Of a stretch of DNA of 60,673 nt, positions 51,771 through 60,673 are shown in pieces; within the stretch, counting starts at the first letter, position 1; each line of letters starts with the position of its first letter. Under the pieces are notes generated by a model, which saw only the letters and a list, made by a program, of their open reading frames with translations, was not told the origin of the DNA and searched no databases. Made by a program: the position numbers and the translations under genes. The stretch covers positions 1 through 60,673 of the IMG/VR virus record IMGVR_UViG_3300036985_000346; one strand, written 5' to 3'. The DNA comes from a virus. Lineage: Duplodnaviria > Caudoviricetes.

Positions 51771-52045
51771 GCAACGTGATCGAGCTTCGGCCAAAGTCAG
51801 ACCCGCACGGCTCTGGCCAGGCTTTCTGCCTTCAGTGTAGCCATGAATGGATGGCCGTCGCTCCTGTTGGCGAGACGCGGTTTGAGTGCCCAGAGTGCCA
51901 CACACACAAAGGATTGTGGAAGTTTGAGTTTGCGCCCAAGGTGGGCGACATGGTGCGCAAGTGCAGATGCGGAAATCAGCTGTTCTACATCAAGCCTGAA
52001 GGCCACATGTGCGCCAACTGCGGCACGGTTCAGGATTACAACTGA
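51767..52045 (+). CDS. Double Zn-ribbon protein (92 aa), B only
   Basis: CLQC...CPEC...CRC...CANC. Confidence 0.7.
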   Translation: MSNVIELRPKSDPHGSGQAFCLQCSHEWMAVAPVGETRFECPECHTHKGLWKFEFAPKVGDMVRKCRCGNQLFYIKPEGHMCANCGTVQDYN

Positions 52046-52084
52046 CCAGCACGCCGCTTGGAGTTTGAATGGGCCTGCCACCGG

Positions 52085-52522
52085 TCAGGCGTAAGGCCTG
52101 GTTCCAGCCTTGTCGATGATCAGCGCTTGCTTGCGTGGGCTGGTGTCTTCGCTGTTGGGAATGCTGATGTGTGTCCATAGGTCAAACTCGCGGATGACCT
52201 GGTCGTAACCGATGCCGCTGGCCACGATCTTGCGCACTACCTCGTCTGGGGTCATGCCTGGCACCTTAAAGTCGGCAGCGCAGCCGAGCCGATGCTGACT
52301 GGTGTCTTTGCTGCCCACTGCGTCATTGACCAGCTTTGTACGCAGGCCTGAGCTGATCATGATCGGCTTGCCGCCCATCACCACCTTGACCTGCTCCAAA
52401 AAGTCGGCCAGGCGCGTGAGGTTGGCCAGCTCCTGATCGTTGGGACTGTTGTCCCAGCCGTTGCGCTCTGCGGTCTCTGAGGCCGTCAGCTCTTCCAGGG
52501 TGAAGTTGGGGGTCAGGTTCAT
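52085..52522 (-). CDS. Endolysin, peptidase M15A B
   Basis: Homolog of 19400-19837. Confidence 0.85.
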   Translation of the reverse strand: MNLTPNFTLEELTASETAERNGWDNSPNDQELANLTRLADFLEQVKVVMGGKPIMISSGLRTKLVNDAVGSKDTSQHRLGCAADFKVPGMTPDEVVRKIVASGIGYDQVIREFDLWTHISIPNSEDTSPRKQALIIDKAGTRPYA

Positions 52523-53010
52523 TTTGCAGCCTTGGAGAGCAGATCGGTCTTGGCCTGAGAGCCAGCCGAGCTGCCAAAATAGTAGGCAATGATTCCAGTC
52601 CAGGCTGTGCCCAAGCTGCCCAGCATCATCAAGATGGCCGGGTTGCTGCTGTCGATCTGGTTGAAGAACATCATCACCATGATGCCGAAAAATCCGATGG
52701 TGACTGCGCCAGCCAAGATGGGAGGCATCATCGAGCGAGTGGTGGCCTGCATATCTCTGGCGCTCTTGCGGTCCTCAACTTCCAGCTTCTCAAAGTTCAA
52801 GCCCAGCTCCTGCGCCTGTTTTTGTAGCTCAATCTCGGCCAGTTTGACTTGCGCGATCTGCTCGGCTGACAGCTTGTTGTTGGCAATCAGGTCGCCCACC
52901 TTGGCCTCGTCCACGCCGATGGCCTTGGAGATGGCTGACACGGCCATCCCTGCCAGTGGCCCACCGAGTGCGGTGGCGATGGTAGGTGCGATCTGTTTGA
53001 GCCAGTCCAT
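52519..53010 (-). CDS. Holin-like membrane protein B
   Basis: APTIATALGGPLAG, DRKSAR, two TMs, YYFGSSAGS. Confidence 0.7.
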   Translation of the reverse strand: MDWLKQIAPTIATALGGPLAGMAVSAISKAIGVDEAKVGDLIANNKLSAEQIAQVKLAEIELQKQAQELGLNFEKLEVEDRKSARDMQATTRSMMPPILAGAVTIGFFGIMVMMFFNQIDSSNPAILMMLGSLGTAWTGIIAYYFGSSAGSQAKTDLLSKAAK

Positions 53011-53327
53011 TATCTTTTCTCCAGCTTGGTTTCGATGATGGCAATCTTTTGGCGGTTGTACTGAATGTCGTCGCGGTTCTTTTGAATCTCAAGCGACAGG
53101 TCTTGGCGCAGGCGTTCACGCGCCAGCTCTGCGCCAGTGTTGGTAGCTTGTTTGTTGTCCGATGTAACCACCAAGCTGATTTTGCTGTTGAGGATTGTGA
53201 CCTCGTGCGACAAGTTGGAAAGCGCAGACATGAGGTAGACCACACAAGTAAAAAGCAGCGGAAGCACTGCAAACGTGAGCTTTTCGATCAACGCGCCTTT
53301 GCCACTTTCTTTTGATTCATCTGCCAT
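53010..53327 (-). CDS. TM + coiled-coil protein (105 aa)
   Basis: N-terminal TM then heptads; in lysis cassette. Confidence 0.6.
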   Translation of the reverse strand: MADESKESGKGALIEKLTFAVLPLLFTCVVYLMSALSNLSHEVTILNSKISLVVTSDNKQATNTGAELARERLRQDLSLEIQKNRDDIQYNRQKIAIIETKLEKR

Positions 53328-53328
53328 T

Positions 53329-53562
53329 TCATGATCCTTTCCAGTGGCTGGCCAAAAAGCCAACCAAGGCCGAAGCGCCCGAGACCACTGTCATGCCAAA
53401 CCAAAGACCTCCACGACCTTTGTTGGCCAGTGCCATCAGTTCATCAAGTTGACGCTCGACCTTGTCCATTTTCTTGTCCATGTCCTGCACTTTTTGCCAG
53501 AGCACGCCATATTTCACAAGGTCGATCTCGTTGCTTTCCGCCATGATTCCAACCCCTATCAT
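53329..53562 (-). CDS. Coiled-coil + TM protein B
   Basis: Homolog of 21447-21680. Confidence 0.65.
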   Translation of the reverse strand: MIGVGIMAESNEIDLVKYGVLWQKVQDMDKKMDKVERQLDELMALANKGRGGLWFGMTVVSGASALVGFLASHWKGS

Positions 53563-53831
53563 GAAACTTGATTGACACGTGGATCATTGGCCAAATACAG
53601 GCCACCGTCTGAGCCTGTAATGACATCAGCCTCTGACTCATAAGCACCCTCTGGCATTGGGTTTTTTATGACCAACACCGTTTTGGGTTTGTAGTCGTCC
53701 ATATTTGTGTCAGGCGTTATCTCTGACATGTTTAATTTTTTCTGAACGATCTGTTCTTGGTGCATGTAATCCCATTCACCAATGTTGATTACTTGACCTT
53801 CAGCGTTTTTGATGACTTTCATGGTTTTCAT
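53559..53831 (-). CDS. Tailspike-associated small protein
   Basis: ATGA-coupled to tailspike; INIGEWDY...NPMPEGA. Confidence 0.65.
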   Translation of the reverse strand: MKTMKVIKNAEGQVINIGEWDYMHQEQIVQKKLNMSEITPDTNMDDYKPKTVLVIKNPMPEGAYESEADVITGSDGGLYLANDPRVNQVS

Positions 53832-55669
53832 TTGGCTGCCCATCCTGTGTTTCCTGTTCCAGATTGTTTGACGTACAAGGTTGTTCCAACTCCACCGTCT
53901 GTTCTAGTCCACATTGACCCGACAGGTGCTGCAATTGAACCTTCTGGAGAACCAGCGCCAGTTCCAAAGAACACTGTTGCTGTTGTCAAGTATCGAGAGC
54001 TGGATGCATCACACAAAATGCTTCCAACATTGACGTTGTTCACGGTGAAAAAGTGTGCGTATCCACCAGACGCATTGCGAATGACTGTTGACAATCCGCG
54101 ATCGTTGCCGCTGATTTCAGTTGGGAAAACAGCAGTTTCAACACCCCAAAAAAGCGATGTGCTTTCTGGTTTGAGGTTTGTCAAACGGACATATTCGCTA
54201 GGTTGCCATCCGCTTGGGTATGGGAATCCAGCCGTATATGTCTGTGTTCCGCTGTTCATCACAGAGACAATTGAACCACTGCCACCAACCTCGACAGTTG
54301 CGGTTGCCGCGATTGCCACATTACCTGGTGTCCAGCAATAACCAAAGTTGCTGCCAATGTCGACGATGCGAATTGGTGATTGAACAACAATTGGGTTGTT
54401 GCACTGGTTGTTCATCAGCGTCATCGTGAAGTCGCGCAACGCAAATGATGGCTGTTCAACTGATGGGATAACCAGCAAGAATGGTGCTGTTGATGAAATC
54501 TTGCCATCAGTGCGATCACCCCAGTTTTCAGAAGATGAACCTTCGACCATAACGTCAATTGGCAACTGAGCGCGAATGAAGGAGTTGCGAACTTGACCAC
54601 CACTAAATACTCGACGGATTTGAAGCAGGTTTGCGCAGATCAAATCAATACCAATACTGTCAACTTGAATTCCACCACTTTCGATGGTAGACATCTGGCC
54701 AGCATTGCCGGAGTTGATTCGATAGCCAATTGAGCCAGACATTTGCGACCAGATCGTGAATGTGCTGAACCGAGTGCCATCGTTGGCGTATGGAGTTGCA
54801 AGGCCGCCAGTGCCCCATTCGACACCAATCAAGCAGCGACGAATGTTGAATCTGTGGAATTCATTCTGTGAGCCAGATGGCGTGTTGTCGCTGTCAAGCT
54901 GGATGCCTTTGACGTTCTTGTTGTCGCCATCAAGATGAAAACCATCAAGACGGAACATGCGGGTGTTGAATACTCTAAAAATTGGGTCTGTCGTGTTTGC
55001 ACCAGTCCACTTGATCCAAGTTCCATTCAATGGGTCTTGAACACCAAACGTGCCGTCCTCACCATAAATGCCTCTTGCGTCAATGTAAGAGTTCCAGTTG
55101 ATAGTGTTGGCAACGTTAAATTTGCCAGCTGGGAACCAAATTACACCGCCTTGTAAACCATACGCATAGTCAATGGCCGCTTGGATGTATGTGTCCACAT
55201 CAGCTGTCGATGTGAAGTTGAAGATGGCAGCGTGAAGGTTGACTGGAATGAAGTCCATTACGTTGATCGTCAAACGCAACTTGTTTTGAACTGTTGTCTC
55301 GACAGCTCCTGTTCCACCAGGCGTATATGTGACGATCGAAGAATCGACGCTGCTGATCACAGCATTGCTATAACGCTCTGTTGCGGTCAGTGCGCTGTAT
55401 ACGTTGCTGCCATTTCGGTTTTGCACTCGAATGCTGTAGTCGCTGTTGACGTACAAGCGTGCAGGCGTTCCACTGTTTGATGGGTATCCACCAAGTGTTC
55501 GGATGGGTTGGGCCGCTGGAATAGTTAGCGCAGCATCCCAAAACACAGAGATTGGATTTGTCTGTGGATTAAGGTTTGCCGTTCCAATCCAGACATAGCC
55601 ATTCTCAAGAGGTTGGCCATCGATGTCAGTGAAGATCGGATAGGTGGGTTGAATCGAGAGTGCGGACAT
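53828..55669 (-). CDS. Tailspike B (shared head-binding domain, different beta-helix)
   Basis: First ~100 aa match tailspike A; C-terminal GSPEG...TLYVKQSGTGNTGW. Confidence 0.85.
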   Translation of the reverse strand: MSALSIQPTYPIFTDIDGQPLENGYVWIGTANLNPQTNPISVFWDAALTIPAAQPIRTLGGYPSNSGTPARLYVNSDYSIRVQNRNGSNVYSALTATERYSNAVISSVDSSIVTYTPGGTGAVETTVQNKLRLTINVMDFIPVNLHAAIFNFTSTADVDTYIQAAIDYAYGLQGGVIWFPAGKFNVANTINWNSYIDARGIYGEDGTFGVQDPLNGTWIKWTGANTTDPIFRVFNTRMFRLDGFHLDGDNKNVKGIQLDSDNTPSGSQNEFHRFNIRRCLIGVEWGTGGLATPYANDGTRFSTFTIWSQMSGSIGYRINSGNAGQMSTIESGGIQVDSIGIDLICANLLQIRRVFSGGQVRNSFIRAQLPIDVMVEGSSSENWGDRTDGKISSTAPFLLVIPSVEQPSFALRDFTMTLMNNQCNNPIVVQSPIRIVDIGSNFGYCWTPGNVAIAATATVEVGGSGSIVSVMNSGTQTYTAGFPYPSGWQPSEYVRLTNLKPESTSLFWGVETAVFPTEISGNDRGLSTVIRNASGGYAHFFTVNNVNVGSILCDASSSRYLTTATVFFGTGAGSPEGSIAAPVGSMWTRTDGGVGTTLYVKQSGTGNTGWAAK

Positions 55670-55697
55670 TTATTGGTTCTCCTGGTTGAATTGTCGC

Positions 55698-57620
55698 TCA
55701 AGGCTGAACTGATGGCAATGCATTGAGTGCCTCATTAATTTTTGCTTTGGTGCGTCCTTCTTGACGCATTTTAATAATCTGACGTATGCCAGATGCCACT
55801 GGCAATGGAAGGCCTGTTAGTGCGCCTGTCGCGCCTGCTTCTGCCATTGCTGCCAGAAGTGTTCCCGCAGTGCCTGAGCTGTTCACCAGTGTGCCTGGTG
55901 GCACTGTGGTGACGTAGCGCACGACATCATCAAGGTCGCGCACAATCTGTGCGTTTTTCTTGCCAAGGATGACATCAAGTCGGCCATTGGCATCGAGTGC
56001 TTGCACTGACTGGTGCAGCTTTGCTGGGGAGATCAGAGGGCGATCTTGTGAGTCCATGCCCATGCCTTTTGTGGCCTCATCTCTGAGATGGCGAACTGTG
56101 GCACCTTGCAACTCTTTGAATGCTTGCTGTCCATCATTTCCGCTGGTCAAAAGGACACGTTTCAAAAACGTGATTTCCTCGGGTGACGAGTTTAGGATGG
56201 ATTTTCGGAAAACCTGATCGGCTGCGACTTGGGGGTCTTCCATGCCTTTGCGGTTTTTAATGAGGCGAGCAACAATGGCGCGATTTTCAAACTTGCGTGC
56301 TTGTTCAAGGCGAATTTGACGGGCCTTTTTGTAAAGATCACCACCAAGGCCTTCTGTCTCAACATCAAAGGCTCGTTTCAGGCTTCCACCGTGAAACTGA
56401 TCTGCACCTTCAAAGCCAGCACGCTGGAATGTCTGGCGCAGACTTTCTGCCTGACGCAATGTGATGGGCTGGGCCACGAGCCTGCCGTCTGCGTCTGGAA
56501 CTGCCGCACCGATGGCAATGGCCTTTTGCTGTGCTGCTTTGAGTATCGGGGCCAAGTCTCCTTCTGGGATGTTCTCGTTGATGTAGTCCACCACAGTTTT
56601 TAGGGTAACGCTATTCTCCAGCTCGCCTGCTTTCTCGGCTGCTTTGTAGGCTGCGCGAGTCCTGTTCTTGGCGGCTGTCAGGCCTTCGGTCAATGATTTG
56701 ACGACCGCGCCTCCTGTGCTGGACAAGTCCATGAGCTGGGCATCTGTCATTTCAGCCAAAGCATCAAAGTTCTGCAATGCTTGCAGATTGTTTTCCTTGG
56801 CACGTTGGCGCAGTGGGCCACCAAGATCGCTCTTGATCTGTTCCTTCTCGAATGCCAGTTGTTGGGCATCTCTGGTGGCCGCGCCTTTGGTGAGAGTGAC
56901 AGGCACAGGCAGGCCTTCGGCTGTGGTAGTTCGACGCAAAGCCTCTGGTGTGGCTGCTGCACCAGCTGAGACACGCGCACCGGCTTGCGCTGGTGCTGGT
57001 GCAACCTCCATGCCAAGAGTCTCACGAACGGCTGTTGTGGCCGCTTGTACAGGCTTTGCAATGGCTTGGCCTGTTGCTTTGGCTGCCTGTTGGGTTGCTG
57101 CCAGACCACGTTGAGCTGTGGCTTGCGTGATAGGGGCTGCGCTGCGTACTGCCTGAGTGAGAGCGCCAGGAGCTGCGATCATTGGCATGACTGGTGGCAA
57201 TACGTTGGCCAAGACTTGACCAACGGCTTGCACCTGCTCTTGGCCAGCTTGAGTGCGTGGCTGATATGTGAGCGCCTGCGCACCTTCGGCTGCGGCCTTT
57301 TCGACCGCACGCATGGCTTCTGGTGTGCCAAAGTTTCCTGACAGGATTTGTTGAGACAAGCCTTGCAAAGTTCCAGCCAGTGTGCCAAGCGTGCCACCAA
57401 CTGCACCAGTGCCCAATGTCAACGCTGTTTCTCCAGCACCAACAATTTGTTGGCCAATGCTAGGCTGTGCCGGTGGTTGTGCAATCTGTTGCTGCGTGAC
57501 TGCTGTAGTTTCTTCTGACTTGGCGAGCTGGTAAGCCTGTGCCACGGTGTCAAACTCAGGCGTTCCGCGTTTTGCGGAATTCTTGACGATCCAAGCTGCG
57601 TATTCGTCTGCTGTTGCCAT
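55698..57620 (-). CDS. Large ejection protein B (640 aa)
   Basis: Same slot as 24889-27291; no clear alignment by eye. Confidence 0.7.
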   Translation of the reverse strand: MATADEYAAWIVKNSAKRGTPEFDTVAQAYQLAKSEETTAVTQQQIAQPPAQPSIGQQIVGAGETALTLGTGAVGGTLGTLAGTLQGLSQQILSGNFGTPEAMRAVEKAAAEGAQALTYQPRTQAGQEQVQAVGQVLANVLPPVMPMIAAPGALTQAVRSAAPITQATAQRGLAATQQAAKATGQAIAKPVQAATTAVRETLGMEVAPAPAQAGARVSAGAAATPEALRRTTTAEGLPVPVTLTKGAATRDAQQLAFEKEQIKSDLGGPLRQRAKENNLQALQNFDALAEMTDAQLMDLSSTGGAVVKSLTEGLTAAKNRTRAAYKAAEKAGELENSVTLKTVVDYINENIPEGDLAPILKAAQQKAIAIGAAVPDADGRLVAQPITLRQAESLRQTFQRAGFEGADQFHGGSLKRAFDVETEGLGGDLYKKARQIRLEQARKFENRAIVARLIKNRKGMEDPQVAADQVFRKSILNSSPEEITFLKRVLLTSGNDGQQAFKELQGATVRHLRDEATKGMGMDSQDRPLISPAKLHQSVQALDANGRLDVILGKKNAQIVRDLDDVVRYVTTVPPGTLVNSSGTAGTLLAAMAEAGATGALTGLPLPVASGIRQIIKMRQEGRTKAKINEALNALPSVQP

Positions 57621-59087
57621 TTATTGACCTCCGCGCAGGATTGCGTCAGCCTGTGAGCGAATATTTGCTGGTGCAGCCGCTGCTGCTGCCGCTGGCACTT
57701 GTGCTTGGTTAGTTGGAATTTGAGAAACAAGTTGCTGTCGCTTGTCTTCTGCAATCTGTTCTGGTGAGCGATACTTTTTCGACACATCTCCAATGATGCG
57801 CTGTGAAAAGTCATTGAATGTCTCGCCAGGCTTTGTTGCATAGTCGCCAGCAACAAATGTGTTCTTGGCACGTGTGAGTGTGCCGTTGTTCTGAGCAAGC
57901 CAATCGGTCTTGGCATTGTTAATGGATGCGTCAACATCTTGCAACTTGGCCATCCCTCGCAAGAAGCTAGACAAGTCACCAGCGGATGCATTGTCGCTTG
58001 GGAAGCCTTTCAGGGCCATTGCAATGTCTTTGTCGGTGGCTGGGCCTGGTGGCAATGACTTGATGGCCGCTGTATTGCGAAGGCGTGTGTATTCTTGACG
58101 CAGTTGCGTCATACCACCTTGGAAACCTGCGCCCTTTTTCAAGAAGTCTGAGGCGCTTGAGAACACACCATAACCACCACCAGCCTCATCTAGGCGTTTG
58201 GCCAAGTCATTGAACTGTTCAGCTGATTGCTTGGATGTCGCAGATAAAGTTGCAGACTCATTAATCAGTTTGCGAGTGTCTGCTGGAATTTCATTCAGAT
58301 TCTTTTGGATGCTGGACATCTTCTCGGCCACGGTTGCTGCTGTGGTCTGTTTGTCCAGATTGAGCTTTGCAGCGCGGTCATTGATCTGACTTTGCAGATT
58401 CTTGACGTTCCAGTTTTTCTCAGTAAGGCCAGCCTGCTGCAAACGCTCTGCAAATTGTGATTCGATGGCTTTGATCTCTGCCTCTGATTTGGCTTTTGCT
58501 GCCTTGGCCTGTGCTTCAGTCAAAACAGATGGCTGCAACTCCTCTGTCCTGCGTTCGCCACCTATCTTTATTGCGCTTTCGATAATCTTGTCACCGCCTG
58601 GCATTTGAGAGATTGTGAATCCGAAGTAGTCCTCGGTGGCTTTTGGGTTTTCCTTGGCCACATCGCGCCATGTTTCCAAAAACTTTGCGCCAGCTTCATC
58701 GCCTGAGTTGCGTTTGCCTTCAATCTGTTGATTAAGCAGGCTAATGGCGATCTCTGGCTTTCCAGACTTAAATGCTGAAAATACTTGTCCAGATTGTTGC
58801 AAAGCGTTTTGCTGACGCTCTCCTGACAACATGCCAAAACTTTCACGCACAGATTTAGCCTGAGTCTCAGGTAAAAGCATAGAGAGGTTGGCATAGTCGG
58901 CTGCTGTCGCACCAGGCTGACGCAGTTTTGTGAATCCTTCTTGGATCAACTTTTGGTTAGCCAATTGTTGTTGCTGCTGCTCTTGCTTGAGACGTGCCTC
59001 TTGAACACTTGCGCCAGTTTGGAATGCGCCCAAAAAGGCTTGTGTTGGGTCAGCGATTTGAACTCCATAATCAATTGGTGCTGGCAT
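57621..59087 (-). CDS. Middle ejection protein B
   Basis: QQSGQVFSAFKSGKPEIA matches A; C-half differs. Confidence 0.7.
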   Translation of the reverse strand: MPAPIDYGVQIADPTQAFLGAFQTGASVQEARLKQEQQQQQLANQKLIQEGFTKLRQPGATAADYANLSMLLPETQAKSVRESFGMLSGERQQNALQQSGQVFSAFKSGKPEIAISLLNQQIEGKRNSGDEAGAKFLETWRDVAKENPKATEDYFGFTISQMPGGDKIIESAIKIGGERRTEELQPSVLTEAQAKAAKAKSEAEIKAIESQFAERLQQAGLTEKNWNVKNLQSQINDRAAKLNLDKQTTAATVAEKMSSIQKNLNEIPADTRKLINESATLSATSKQSAEQFNDLAKRLDEAGGGYGVFSSASDFLKKGAGFQGGMTQLRQEYTRLRNTAAIKSLPPGPATDKDIAMALKGFPSDNASAGDLSSFLRGMAKLQDVDASINNAKTDWLAQNNGTLTRAKNTFVAGDYATKPGETFNDFSQRIIGDVSKKYRSPEQIAEDKRQQLVSQIPTNQAQVPAAAAAAAPANIRSQADAILRGGQ

Positions 59088-59734
59088 CAGAATTTCCCTC
59101 CTAAGCCACTAAATAAACCAAGACCACCAGAGATTGCTGATGGAATTGCAGCGAATGCTTTGCCTTGGGCGATCTCAGCGCCAGCTTGTGCTGCACCTTG
59201 TTGTCCGAGTAGGTTGGCCACATTCACGCCTGTTTGTTGACCAGCAGCTCCAACACCAGCAGCAGACTGCTGTCCTAGTGCTGTCATGCCACCAAGTCGA
59301 CCATATTGCTGGTCAATCAGGCTTGAGAGCAATGCAGGACGAAACTGAGCCAGTGCGCCTTGGATGTTTCCACCACGCAGGCCACCAGTAGCCGATGCAC
59401 GCTGGAGCAATGCTTCCTCACCTTGGCCAGCAAGTGCTTGGAATGTCTCACCACCTTTAATGCGATCGATAGCCGCACGTTCTGCCTCTGGCCCTTTTAG
59501 GCCAAGGAATGCTTGCTGTGCTTCGAGTGCTGGTGCTCCAGCAGAAACGTAAGGTTGAAGCAATTTTTGAACTGCATCAAACTGCCTGCGCTGTTCTTCA
59601 ATGCCTGCTTGCGCAGAACCTGCTTGAATCGCAGCCGCATCTCCAGCAGCATCTGCTTGGGCCATGCCAGAGATAAGTGTGGCACCACCAACGGCAATGC
59701 CTGCTAGTGCTGCTCCTGATAATCCAAATGTCAT
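59087..59734 (-). CDS. Small ejection protein B (gp7-like)
   Basis: GIEEQRRQFDA and GEEALLQRASATGGLRGGNIQ shared with A. Confidence 0.8.
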   Translation of the reverse strand: MTFGLSGAALAGIAVGGATLISGMAQADAAGDAAAIQAGSAQAGIEEQRRQFDAVQKLLQPYVSAGAPALEAQQAFLGLKGPEAERAAIDRIKGGETFQALAGQGEEALLQRASATGGLRGGNIQGALAQFRPALLSSLIDQQYGRLGGMTALGQQSAAGVGAAGQQTGVNVANLLGQQGAAQAGAEIAQGKAFAAIPSAISGGLGLFSGLGGKF

Positions 59735-60189
59735 TTTGATTCCTCCAATTGCGCTGTCTTTGCAGTTTCAAGAGCTATTGCTGGCGCTGGAATAGTGAAC
59801 ATATCCCACAGCGCTTGTGGGTCTTGCTCGTTGCTTGGGTTTGCGTGAAATGTGGTGACTTCGACTTCTGTCAAAGCAATGCCAGCACGCTTGGTGCCGA
59901 TCTTTGAGACGCTCATGTCGCCTGCTTTAAGGGTGCGCGGGCCGTTGTCTGTGCTGACAATCAGCTCGCCTTTGCGCACCAAGAAGAATGATTCCTCTTT
60001 GTGAACTGCGCCAGTCAGGACTGTGCCTGCTGGGATGTGCATGGTGCGAGCGTACAAGCCATTGCAGAAGTCGTGATCGACAGGCATGTCCACCTGAGGC
60101 AGCTTGAGCAGCTCGGCCTCTAGGCGATAGATTGGCAGGTGCTCGGCTGGCACGCCAGCTTTGACTTCCTGAACCGCAACATGACTCAT
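59731..60189 (-). CDS. Cupin-fold protein (152 aa)
   Basis: HDFCNGLYARTMHIPAGTVLTGAVHKEE...KG...LKAGD; ATGA overlap with the gp7-like gene. Confidence 0.65.
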   Translation of the reverse strand: MSHVAVQEVKAGVPAEHLPIYRLEAELLKLPQVDMPVDHDFCNGLYARTMHIPAGTVLTGAVHKEESFFLVRKGELIVSTDNGPRTLKAGDMSVSKIGTKRAGIALTEVEVTTFHANPSNEQDPQALWDMFTIPAPAIALETAKTAQLEESK

Positions 60190-60277
60190 CGATAACTCCT
60201 GTGCAGGGGCTTGTGAGCTACTGGCGGCTCGAACGGCTCAGTGCTGACTATTTTCCCACATTTTGACATTTGGTCAA
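60190..60277 (-). promoter_or_regulatory. Candidate promoter and structured leader B
   Basis: Aligns to 29888-29969. Confidence 0.5.
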
Positions 60278-60673
60278 TCTTCCATTTCAAATTCACGTTC
60301 TTCCCATGCCTGGCAGACGCGCAGATCGTGGCAGATGAACTCGAATTTGGTGCAGTAGCCACGAAAACCGGCATCGGTGTCCCAGTCATTGCGGGGGATG
60401 CGCTCCATCTTTGCCTGTGTCATGGTGCTGTTGTCGTAGTACTCGCAGTTCGAGCAGCGACGACGACGAGACTCTTTTTCATCCACTTGCATGGCCTTGC
60501 CCACAGCTATCCAGTAGGTCTTGTTGGCCGTTGGTTCGTTGCTTGGGTTCTCAGGGCCAAGCATCCAGTCGTCGATGGCGATCTGGGTGTTCTTCTTGTT
60601 TTCGGCTGTGCTGATGAATTCTTCCTCCATCGGCAAGCCCATAAAGCCCTTGGGCATCATCATGAATTTGTCC
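60274..60673 (-). CDS. Cys-containing protein B (start just beyond window edge)
   Basis: Homolog of 29966-30367. Confidence 0.75.
   Translation of the reverse strand, partial: DKFMMMPKGFMGLPMEEEFISTAENKKNTQIAIDDWMLGPENPSNEPTANKTYWIAVGKAMQVDEKESRRRRCSNCEYYDNSTMTQAKMERIPRNDWDTDAGFRGYCTKFEFICHDLRVCQAWEEREFEMED

Larger units (their letters stand above)
30366..60673. mobile_element. Phage genome B (related strain; 30,308 bp if it shares 30366-33178)
   Basis: Second syntenic, diverged gene set; window end matches 30365, so circle B closes through the single-copy block. Confidence 0.8.

Noticed and set aside
1-60673. Recent tandem duplication of one genome, or an integrated prophage pair
   Set aside because: Copies differ by many synonymous SNPs and non-homologous modules; no integrase, att sites or host genes seen

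Overview
The window is entirely phage DNA: two related, non-identical P22-like podovirus genomes joined head to tail. A betaproteobacterial/freshwater host type is my impression only, not demonstrated. Position 1 corresponds to 33179, and the last base (60673) corresponds to 30365. The block 30366-33178 (needle-like gene, gp10-like gene, 3' part of an HNH gene) occurs only once. The layout therefore resolves into circle A (1-33178, 33,178 bp) and circle B (30366-60673, 30,308 bp) sharing one segment. Exactly the first 127 nt are identical to 33179-33305, which suggests a de Bruijn (k=127) chimera rather than a real dimer. Each genome carries terminases, portal, scaffold, coat, head-tail and ejection genes, a tailspike, a lysis cassette, a primase-helicase, a Sak4-like ATPase, an SSB, a Cas4-like exonuclease, a helicase and VRR-NUC. 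I see no integrase, DNA polymerase, tRNA or CRISPR array. Comparing the copies exposes several swappable modules. (1) An enzyme slot coupled to the first ejection protein holds a DDxxD isoprenoid-synthase-like protein in A and a cupin in B, behind a conserved structured leader. (2) A dual-frame C5 methyltransferase has a G12 tract that frameshifts both overlapping polypeptides in A; in B it is a two-frame mini-relic. (3) The origin iterons co-vary with the primase C-terminal domain. (4) A candidate pseudoknot lies upstream of the scaffold gene. All family assignments are from motif recognition and synteny; no searches were run.
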